From a virus (Duplodnaviria > Heunggongvirae > Uroviricota > Caudoviricetes): a stretch of DNA of 64,000 nt. Where the stretch lies: the IMG/VR virus record IMGVR_UViG_3300021255_002251; one strand, 5' to 3'. This document shows, piece after piece, positions 10,801-17,530 of this stretch (position 1 is the stretch's first letter; each line of letters opens with the position of its first letter). Below the pieces are notes generated by a model, which worked only from the letters and a program-made list of their open reading frames with translations, was not told the origin of the DNA and did not search any database. A program made the position numbers and the translations under genes.

Positions 10801-12846
10801 CCCCAGGGCTTTCCCCATCCATCCGAGACCTCCCTTTACCAGCTTGCCGGCGCCCCATAGCATTCCAACTCCGCCAGCCGCAACAGCGGTAGTCCCTAGT
10901 ATGGGATTCTTCTCTATGAATTGTAGCAGCCCAGAGAAGAGGTCTACTACCTTCTTCACAACGGAAAGAAGTCCATCTCCGAGCTTTTCAAGATTTGTCC
11001 TAGTATCGGCAGAGTATCCAGACATCCTCTCGAAAGCCGCTTCTAGGTCTACAACGAAAGACTGAGTGCCTTTCTCTTCCTTGTCCTGTTCCGCCCAGCC
11101 GCCTTGTCCTCCCGCCAAGGCCATTATGTCCGTGATAGTGAATCCCGAAAGGAAGTCTCCGCCTTGCTTTGCGCCTTTCTTCCTCATCTCCGAAAGCATC
11201 GCTTCCAATGCCCTCGTAGCCTTGTTCCCCGATAGTTCTTCCCTTGCGGCTGCTACGCCCTTCTTCCTAGCCGTCCAATCGGAGAACAGCCAGTTCTCTG
11301 GATTCATGCTACGGATTAACCCAGGGATTATTCCATCGTCTATTGCATTCTGGTTCAGGATTTCCCTGCGCCGAAGTTCTACCTTTGTGGCGGCATCTGC
11401 CCTTGCGCTATACCCCTCTTCGTCGAGAATGTCTGCCCTGTCAAGTACCGTCTGGAGATGCGGATTCTTCTTTAGCATTTCCATCCGCCGCGCACTCTTC
11501 TCATAATTCGCGACGTACTCCATCTCCTCCGGGCTTCTCCCTATCGCATGGAGGAACTGCAATTTCTCCATGTCCGAACCGAGCGACCGCAGCTTGCGGG
11601 AGAACTCCACCATCATCTCATGCGCCTGCTTCACATCGCCTGCGCCGTTGTAGACGGATATGCCCCACCGCCCCACGTTCTCCGCTAAACCGCCCTCTCC
11701 CCATCTGGCCTGCGCCAACTGGGTCTGCAGCCCTACCATCTGCCCGACAACCTGACGGTCTTCCATGCCGGCGCTTCTCCCAGCGCCTATGGCTGCCATC
11801 ATGTGTCCATAGTTGATCCCCGCTCCTCTAACCTGCCGTCCAAACCCGCCACGTTCAGCAGATATTCTCATCTGCATCCGAGCAAACTGGTTGAACTTGC
11901 TGTTGACGGCCTGGAATACAGCATTCCCTACGTCGAGCGTCCTCTTGAGCGGAATGAGGTATCTCGTCACGCTCCCTATGCTATGGGTTAGCGTGGCAAG
12001 TTTGTTGTTGAACTCTAGCCCCTTGCGGTTAGCCGCCTGCCCTACTAGGCTCTTCTTTAGTTCCGAAGTATTCTTGCTTGTGGTCTTGACGATGCCCTCC
12101 ATCACCGTCTTGTCAGCTCCAGCCGCACCTCCCGCTATCCGAGTGAGTCTCGCTTGGGTGTTGGCGAGAATCTTCTGCTTCTCTGCGGAGGTTTTCGCCG
12201 CATTGGACAGGCGGTGCATCTCACCGATGACCTGCGCTACCGCCTGCTTCAACGAAGGATCGGCTAGCGACTTCGCCGCTTGCCTTACGTCAGAAGCAAT
12301 CTTCTTTCTTGCTTCATCTATCGAGTTGTCCGCCTTAAGGCCGAAAGCGGTCTTTATCGCATCTCTAGTTCCGCCACCTACCGCTCCGAGTCCACCTCTT
12401 GCGGCGGCATTCTTCGCTTCCTTCAGGTCTCTAGTGAAATCTTTCAGGATATTGCCTTGCGCCCCTCCCATCGTGGTGGCGATTCTGCCAATCTCCTTGT
12501 GAAGGTCGGCTATCGCTTTCGAGAGGTCGGCACCGCCTATCTTGTGTCCCCCCGCCGCCTGCAACTTCTGCAGGAACGATGCAATGCTAGAATCTACCTT
12601 CTGTCCGGCCTCACCGCCAACCTTCCCCCTTATGCTCCCTATACCTGCGGTGAACTGCCCATACTTTATCTTCGCGCGCCCCTCTTCATTCTCCGCATAT
12701 ATCTGCCTCGCATAGGTTGCATTCGCGCCAACCTTCTTTGCATAACCACGAGCATTGTTCAACCCCGCAGAAATCGTGTTCCACGAGGTGAACGAATTCA
12801 ATTCACTTGCCCCTTGGTTGGGGAATCTAAACTTGTTGCGCGCCAT
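7861..12846 (-). CDS. Tape measure protein
   Basis: 1661 aa, helical and Ala/Gly/Lys rich, C-terminal NITINMGGQTITQNIQG; follows the tail assembly chaperones. Confidence 0.9.
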   Translation of the reverse strand: MARNKFRFPNQGASELNSFTSWNTISAGLNNARGYAKKVGANATYARQIYAENEEGRAKIKYGQFTAGIGSIRGKVGGEAGQKVDSSIASFLQKLQAAGGHKIGGADLSKAIADLHKEIGRIATTMGGAQGNILKDFTRDLKEAKNAAARGGLGAVGGGTRDAIKTAFGLKADNSIDEARKKIASDVRQAAKSLADPSLKQAVAQVIGEMHRLSNAAKTSAEKQKILANTQARLTRIAGGAAGADKTVMEGIVKTTSKNTSELKKSLVGQAANRKGLEFNNKLATLTHSIGSVTRYLIPLKRTLDVGNAVFQAVNSKFNQFARMQMRISAERGGFGRQVRGAGINYGHMMAAIGAGRSAGMEDRQVVGQMVGLQTQLAQARWGEGGLAENVGRWGISVYNGAGDVKQAHEMMVEFSRKLRSLGSDMEKLQFLHAIGRSPEEMEYVANYEKSARRMEMLKKNPHLQTVLDRADILDEEGYSARADAATKVELRRREILNQNAIDDGIIPGLIRSMNPENWLFSDWTARKKGVAAAREELSGNKATRALEAMLSEMRKKGAKQGGDFLSGFTITDIMALAGGQGGWAEQDKEEKGTQSFVVDLEAAFERMSGYSADTRTNLEKLGDGLLSVVKKVVDLFSGLLQFIEKNPILGTTAVAAGGVGMLWGAGKLVKGGLGWMGKALGIGGGAAAAGGGAGAAGAGKALGKIKPKGKLGGILTIAALAAGLFAAKSASGEEAPEGAAGGGGRTGGEGGTPLPPGPWNGGGSGVESLEGMVGGAGAAEELNETEKQKQQEENKRKSEEFRKKKAAARERSKPTGESGGWWEITKAALSGFGEGAVKGLGKSVNSIGSAFTLGLWDGPFSKESVDLGYEDWMTRTGDVFSTIGGESLALAATMGTAGLVKGGVKAGSAAVKAGAKGLVNKGGKELGKGVVTKGAPKFTKKQAANIMKNELAESTKLSNNKGMLALTAIGTASTVAGQVSGEGAGGAGGASGGGGTQSATQGTNFVSGSGGSLINLVKPIRDMVRKGASYEQLSQLLGQHGMDLPDMSVLQSKDFLTDDSKAMEMLKGLGFANVQRRGSEKYGKPMDLKNFLKNITDDIAVTYKNAGGIMTDDEIIQTFGRQEAGAKDVSKNMINTYVARGDELGIGAQEKMAQRVNRLGKEHKDWDQNKVRAEAKKEQRQEFLKGLNQQQLEMYGSQGGEITDQAEITRRSEALFRDAGMTRSESQKMTHEQVADFAKFRNENRNIGLAQAIARFSNQTGLSKDVLRNNLIHGKTFNEMSEEDQNEYMKGTEYRTEQKKKRAEDRIAARKAQRAEAAKNVSEEEAAKYLGDEGDAKEFISLRNRVQKGEKLSEADQKAYENYTDQVGRKAGRARRAKEYTPLNAPYKPTKEEQADIDAADKESARLVRIKERTKNRRPLAEYSDLRYMGSLIKRGGIADNDKELEKNFGKQRVRQFRRAEQNGTLDHLMKGDHYKEEEALKKKRKPQMTREAAEAAYREMAEANVKRKDGESDADYKKRVDEQVASNMELYDTLHPQKKGQQAEKGKGTNKAAPAADAATAAMESAQTKTEQASQKMAEKGAAAENAAASAKEATSAGAGSHEQNITINMGGQTITQNIQGEKAMDAEGMKKGTVQGASEIRDKTAETIVSVTKSMGSY

Positions 12847-12867
12847 TATCCATCCTTGTTCGCGGCC

Positions 12868-13053
12868 TTACAGCCGTAGGTTCTTCGCCAACTGGTTAAG
12901 CCGCTCCTTCTCCTTCCGCCTCTCATTGTCGTACCATTGGTTGTAGAGCGGAACATAGTCTATCTCCCAAAGCCTGTACAAGTCCTGCAGATGGTATATC
13001 GTCCTAAGTTCGTTCAACGTCGCCCTTCCGCTATGGACTACGCTCGCTACCAT
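12868..13053 (-). CDS. Tail assembly chaperone extension (gpT-like, reached by -1 frameshift)
   Basis: VHSGRATLNELRTIYHLQDLYRLWE is typical of the chaperone extension; its frame stays open upstream to the slippery site at 13134-13140. Confidence 0.75.
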   Translation of the reverse strand: MVASVVHSGRATLNELRTIYHLQDLYRLWEIDYVPLYNQWYDNERRKEKERLNQLAKNLRL

Positions 13054-13061
13054 CTCAGAAG

Positions 13062-13460
13062 TCAGGGTTGTTCTGATGTGTCCTGAGTCACGTCCCTTAG
13101 AACCCCCAATACTTCTTGGAGGGTTCCATCGAATAAAAAACCGAAGTTGTAACGAATCATTGCCGCCTCCAGTTTTATCAGCACCTCAATCTTGGGACAT
13201 GCGAAGTTTATCTGGTTAGGGTCTTCCAGCGGAGTCCATGCATCGTCTCCCTCACTTCCTGTAACATATGCGGCATAGGAAAGAAGACCTAGCGAAGTCT
13301 CCTCAGAGAGATAGGTCATCGCCACGTCTCCGTCTTCCTTGCTCTCCCTCATTATCGCCCCGTATATCTGCTGCGCCTGCACTGCTGGTATGCGGGATAT
13401 GACGAATTTCGCTCCGTCAATCTCTATTTCCTTCGGTTCTATGAACTTCTTCGGATCCAT
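13062..13460 (-). CDS. Tail assembly chaperone (gpG-like)
   Basis: MDPKKFIEPKEIEIDGAKFVISRIPA...LEAAMIRYNFGFL; lies between tube and tape measure. Start set at ATG 13460. Confidence 0.8.
   Translation of the reverse strand: MDPKKFIEPKEIEIDGAKFVISRIPAVQAQQIYGAIMRESKEDGDVAMTYLSEETSLGLLSYAAYVTGSEGDDAWTPLEDPNQINFACPKIEVLIKLEAAMIRYNFGFLFDGTLQEVLGVLRDVTQDTSEQP
13134..13140 (-). other. -1 ribosomal frameshift heptamer U UUU UUA
   Basis: The minus strand reads ggT TTT TTA in the chaperone frame. The -1 frame (..ATT CGA TGG AAC CCT..ACT TCT GAG ATG GTA GCG) is stop-free into 12868..13053. Confidence 0.8.
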
Positions 13461-13530
13461 TACCGATTTGCTCCTAATGTGTGAGTTCGCTAGGCAAATA
13501 ATGCCAAAGTTGAAAGGGCGCGAACCGCCG

Positions 13531-13974
13531 CTAGACGACGTTCTCAAAAGCGAAAGTATAGGTGTTCCCGCCCATCTTGCCCTGCCCGTTAGCCGTCACC
13601 GCCGCAGCCCCTGAAAGACACGTTCCGCCGGAGAACTGGAACGAACCTCCCTTCGGATTCCCGGTCGTGATGCTCGCCGTGAGACTTTTGTTAGCATCTG
13701 CCGTGCTTATGGATCCTCCGTTGATGAAGTTCCTCTTCCATATCGTGCGAAGGGCATTGTCGGAGGGTGAGTTCGGTATCACGGTCACGGAGATGATTAC
13801 GGCGGAGGGCTTGATTGTCCTTATCATCCTGCCGTTGCAAGACCATTCGATGTTTGCGGTCTCCGTGTCCTGTATGTCGACTGGATTCGCATCGTCAATG
13901 AAGTCCTTGATTCGCGCTCCGCCGATGGTAATGATGGAGCCTGCAAAAGATAGGTCGTAGATAGCCTGCAACAT
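13531..13974 (-). CDS. Tail tube protein paralog 2 (DUF3277-like)
   Basis: SFAGS..DFIDDANPV..QD..NGRMIR..KP..VTVIPNSPSD..TYTFAF; clear paralog of 14077..14517. Confidence 0.8.
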   Translation of the reverse strand: MLQAIYDLSFAGSIITIGGARIKDFIDDANPVDIQDTETANIEWSCNGRMIRTIKPSAVIISVTVIPNSPSDNALRTIWKRNFINGGSISTADANKSLTASITTGNPKGGSFQFSGGTCLSGAAAVTANGQGKMGGNTYTFAFENVV

Positions 13975-13996
13975 TGGTTGTGTCTCCTCTTAATGC

Positions 13997-14050
13997 CAAG
14001 TTCCACCCCCCTGTCCGAGGGAGTGGAACTTGCCGTTCGGCAGCGGCAAG
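13997..14050 (-). promoter_or_regulatory. Two overlapping intergenic hairpins between the tube paralogs
   Basis: caagttccac(13997-14006)/gtggaacttg(14023-14032) and cttgccg(14029-14035)/cggcaag(14044-14050); no U-tract; just upstream of an AGGAG ribosome-binding site. Confidence 0.55.
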
Positions 14051-14076
14051 CACCACCGCCGTATGTCGCTCTTCGG

Positions 14077-14517
14077 TTAGAGCGCCGTCACGAATGCGAA
14101 CGTGTAGGTACGTCCCGACATCTTGCCCTCTCCGTTCGAGGAAGGGCCGCCGGGGCCGGACACCATCGTTCCGTCCGTAAACGTGCGGGAGCCGCGTCCA
14201 GACCCGATTGTCACGGAAGCAGACAGGCTCTGCTCCCATGCCGAATTCCAGTTGCCCTGCACGCGATACTTCTTCCAGAGGTTGTAAAGCCCCGTGTCGG
14301 ACGGGCTGCCCGGAATCACCGTCACGGACATCATGATGACGTTCGGCTTCGCATTGCGGATCATCGAGCCGTTGCAGTTCACGCCGACAGACGAAACTTC
14401 AACGTCCTGGAACTCCACGGGGTTCGCATCGTCCATGAAGTCGGTGACGGTTACGCCGCCGACCGTGACGGAAGAGCCCGCGAAGGATACGTCTTTGATT
14501 CTGAAACCCCAAGCCAT
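14077..14517 (-). CDS. Tail tube protein (DUF3277-like), probably the major form
   Basis: Same motifs as its paralog, directly after the sheath, with strongly biased high-expression codon usage. Confidence 0.8.
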   Translation of the reverse strand: MAWGFRIKDVSFAGSSVTVGGVTVTDFMDDANPVEFQDVEVSSVGVNCNGSMIRNAKPNVIMMSVTVIPGSPSDTGLYNLWKKYRVQGNWNSAWEQSLSASVTIGSGRGSRTFTDGTMVSGPGGPSSNGEGKMSGRTYTFAFVTAL

Positions 14518-14540
14518 ATTTCACACTCCTGTTCTTGTTG

Positions 14541-15779
14541 TTACTTGAGAAGGATATCGTTGCCCTTGATGAAGCGAACGCTGTCCGCCGTTCCGTAGAA
14601 CACATAGTAGACGATAATCTTCTCCGAGGTCTTCCCGAGCTTGTCCGCATCCGCCAGCTCCGAGAGGTAGGCATAGATGGAGTAGCCCTTAGTGCCAACG
14701 TCAACGATGATTCCGTCCACCTCTAGCTCTTCGCCGCCTGAGAGGTTCACGATTTCGCGGACAGTCTTGCGGTCTGCCTGCGATGCCTCCTTCTGCATGA
14801 AGCTCCCATTTCGGGAAGCCACGGAGCACACGTCCGCAACCGCAATCTTGACGGAAGCGACGCCGTTCTGGTCCGCGGGAATCCTCTCGCTCGAAATGAG
14901 CAGGTTGAGGAGCGCCGTCTCGCACTCCGCCTTGAACCACATTTCGTTGCAGTAGGAAGCCGTGTCCGTGCCGTTCGTGTTGAAGCCCCTCTGGAAGAAG
15001 TCCAGCGTCTGTCCGTTCGTTTGAGACCGACCGTAGAAGTTGACTAGCCCCTGGTTGAAGGCAGAGTACACGTTCTGGTCTTGCACGGTCGGCTCTTCGT
15101 CCGGGAACTGCTTGAACATGAAGTTCACGACCTGTCCGTTAGAATAGTCCGTGCTAGCGAGGATAGCCATAGGCATGTATGCGGAAACATCCGTCGCGCC
15201 GTACACGAAACACGTGCCAGACACCCTGCTGAACTTGCCGCAATTCGTGATGGCCGCCGCATAGTCGGTAGCACCGCTCTGCGCCTTCTGGTTCACGACA
15301 AAGAGATACTTGGTGTCGAGCGAATGGTTGTAAACCGCAACCTCCAGCAACTGTGCGAGGTAGTCGTCTCCGGCCGTAGCCGTAGATCCGTCCGCCGGAG
15401 CGAGGAACGTGAACGAACCGAAAGAATTCGTCGCCTTGTCGAGTTCCTTGAAGTTCTCGATGAGGGACTTGCCCGCATCCTGCTTCTTGAACTTGAGCTT
15501 GCTCGGGAAACGCCCGGTTGGACTCGTGAAGGAATAGTAGCCCGCCGCGAACTCGTATTCCTTAGAGCCGCTTCCAAACACCTCTATAACATCGTCAATA
15601 GACAGCGCAATGTCCTTGCCGTTGTCGTAATCCTCCACAGTGCTCTGGTACGCAGAATCGGCATCCTGCGGAAGAGCCTCGGACAGAGTGAACACCATCC
15701 CGCCAAATGCCCTATTCGTTGCGCCCGCTTTAGGGAATGTGGTGGAGATGTCCACAAAGTTCTTGCTATTGATTGCCAT
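14541..15779 (-). CDS. Tail sheath protein (DUF3383-like)
   Basis: MAINSKNFVDIS...FGSGSKEYEFAAGYYS...YMPMAILASTDYS....NFMFKQF...NFYG..Q...FFQRG...NEMWFK. Confidence 0.88.
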   Translation of the reverse strand: MAINSKNFVDISTTFPKAGATNRAFGGMVFTLSEALPQDADSAYQSTVEDYDNGKDIALSIDDVIEVFGSGSKEYEFAAGYYSFTSPTGRFPSKLKFKKQDAGKSLIENFKELDKATNSFGSFTFLAPADGSTATAGDDYLAQLLEVAVYNHSLDTKYLFVVNQKAQSGATDYAAAITNCGKFSRVSGTCFVYGATDVSAYMPMAILASTDYSNGQVVNFMFKQFPDEEPTVQDQNVYSAFNQGLVNFYGRSQTNGQTLDFFQRGFNTNGTDTASYCNEMWFKAECETALLNLLISSERIPADQNGVASVKIAVADVCSVASRNGSFMQKEASQADRKTVREIVNLSGGEELEVDGIIVDVGTKGYSIYAYLSELADADKLGKTSEKIIVYYVFYGTADSVRFIKGNDILLK

Positions 15780-16560
15780 TTTGTTCTCCTGTCGTTGTTT
15801 TCATTCCCTCTTGAGGCGCACTAGCCCTAGTAGGGTTTTCCTGTAAATTGCCCTTGGGTAAAAACCCCAAGCGGCGGAAAATTCTCTTGAATAACCCATC
15901 TGGACGGCTTTCGCTCCGTCTTTCATCTGCCTTGAATCCCTCTTCCGTGCCGACAACCACCCTTTTCTCCGCCTCCCCCTCCATCGGAACAGTTCCTCCG
16001 TATACTGGTTCAGCCGTGTCTATCTCCGTCTCGAACTGCTTCACGACTTGGAGTTTTAGCGGGAACTCCGTAGTCCACTGGTTGACGTCGGACGTGTCCT
16101 TGTATGTCCTAACGTCCTTCATCTGCACGAAAAGGTTAGCCATATTGTGCTTGCGGAACTCGATGCACCCCAGACGATTGAACCATGCCACAAGCATCTC
16201 CGTAACGTCGGAAGCCACCACCGGTATGTCGTTGTCCGTAATCGGCTTGGTAGTCCTCTTGCACAGAACCCTTATCTTCCATGTCTGCTGTTCTATGAAG
16301 CAGTCGATAACGTCGTACTTGCCCGTTTCCTTGTTGTAGAGCCTATGGTCACCCTGCCATCCTATCCTGTCTACATGCTCCAAGAAGAAAAGCACGGCAT
16401 TGTCCACGTTCCTAAGAGATGGCTGGTCTGATTCCATCACAATCCAGCCGGCATCCTTCGGATTATCCGTCACGGGCAGACCGAACGATTCCATCCCCTT
16501 TATGATGTTCGCCTTGAGGATAGCGACTACTTCATATCGTAACTTGAACTTCTCGCTCAT
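15766..16560 (-). CDS. Neck / tail terminator-like protein
   Basis: Position immediately before the sheath; IGWQG..YNKETG....EQQTWKI pattern. Start set at ATG 16560. Confidence 0.65.
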   Translation of the reverse strand: MSEKFKLRYEVVAILKANIIKGMESFGLPVTDNPKDAGWIVMESDQPSLRNVDNAVLFFLEHVDRIGWQGDHRLYNKETGKYDVIDCFIEQQTWKIRVLCKRTTKPITDNDIPVVASDVTEMLVAWFNRLGCIEFRKHNMANLFVQMKDVRTYKDTSDVNQWTTEFPLKLQVVKQFETEIDTAEPVYGGTVPMEGEAEKRVVVGTEEGFKADERRSESRPDGLFKRIFRRLGFLPKGNLQENPTRASAPQEGMKTTTGEQNGNQ

Positions 16561-16573
16561 AGGTGAAAATTGC

Positions 16574-17506
16574 CTATTCGGTAAGGTAATCAATATCGAA
16601 TCCGTTCCATGTGCCTGGAACAGTGCCCCAACCCGTAGTTCCTTCTTTTACATAAACTTTACAGGTAGACGGAATGCCCAGAAATGGATTATCCCACAAC
16701 TCAGGTGCATTCCCATTAAATATCATTGTGTTTAGTTTGCTGCAATCTGCTAAAGCGAAATCTGCAATAAAGCTCAAACTCACAGGGAATGATGCAGATT
16801 CCAGATTAGTACAGTCTGCGAAAGAATAAGCACCTATATAATCTACTGATTCCGGGAGGTCTATTGATATAAGCGATTTGCAATTTGCGAACACCCCGTC
16901 CTTTATGGCTGGAACCTCGGATATGTTGCTTGAATCGAGTGAGGAAACCGGATTGGATTCTCCCTCTTCATAGATTGAACCTGACGAATAGCAAGGATTC
17001 GAATACAGAGACAAAAGTTCAACTGTACACCATGCTTTTAAATCTTCTACAATAAAGGTTTGCAAGTTCGGCAAAGGTTTTTGTGTTTCTGTACCATTTT
17101 CTTCAACTACCTCTACGAATGCATCATCTTCAATGGTAGTAACCGTTTTGGGAAGTCTTATTTGTGTAAGATTCACAAAGTCTCGAAAGGCAAATCTTTC
17201 TATTCTGTTCACCCTCTCCAGAAAGACCGACTGTAAGTTGGGTAAAAAAAGTACATCTTCACTCCCTATATATGCATACAAAAAACTTTCCTTGAACGTC
17301 GGACAAGCCCCTAAGACCCTAAGTTTTGTGATTTTATCATAGGAGTTTGGGAATGTAAACAACAGGCCAGGCGATAATGTGTTTGCTTTCTGCCCTAAAA
17401 TATTCCGTCCAACCGCAATAGAGGTAATGTCATTGTTGTCAAACACAACATCTATCCCCTCCATTGCTCCAGCAACTGTGACATCGTATGTTTCTTCTTG
17501 TGCCAT
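16574..17506 (-). CDS. BspA-type leucine-rich-repeat (LRR_5) protein
   Basis: RIERFAFRDFVNLTQIRLPKTVTTIEDDAF, AIKDGVFANCKSLISIDLPESVDYIGAYSFADCTNLESASFP; C-terminal FNGNAP...VYVKEGTTGWG..PGTWNG cap. AT-rich. Confidence 0.9.
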   Translation of the reverse strand: MAQEETYDVTVAGAMEGIDVVFDNNDITSIAVGRNILGQKANTLSPGLLFTFPNSYDKITKLRVLGACPTFKESFLYAYIGSEDVLFLPNLQSVFLERVNRIERFAFRDFVNLTQIRLPKTVTTIEDDAFVEVVEENGTETQKPLPNLQTFIVEDLKAWCTVELLSLYSNPCYSSGSIYEEGESNPVSSLDSSNISEVPAIKDGVFANCKSLISIDLPESVDYIGAYSFADCTNLESASFPVSLSFIADFALADCSKLNTMIFNGNAPELWDNPFLGIPSTCKVYVKEGTTGWGTVPGTWNGFDIDYLTE

Positions 17507-17530
17507 TGAAAGTCTCCTTGCACTTGCAGC

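Noticed and set aside
7861-12846. Lytic transglycosylase or peptidase domain in the tape measure
   Set aside because: No recognisable catalytic motif found by eye.
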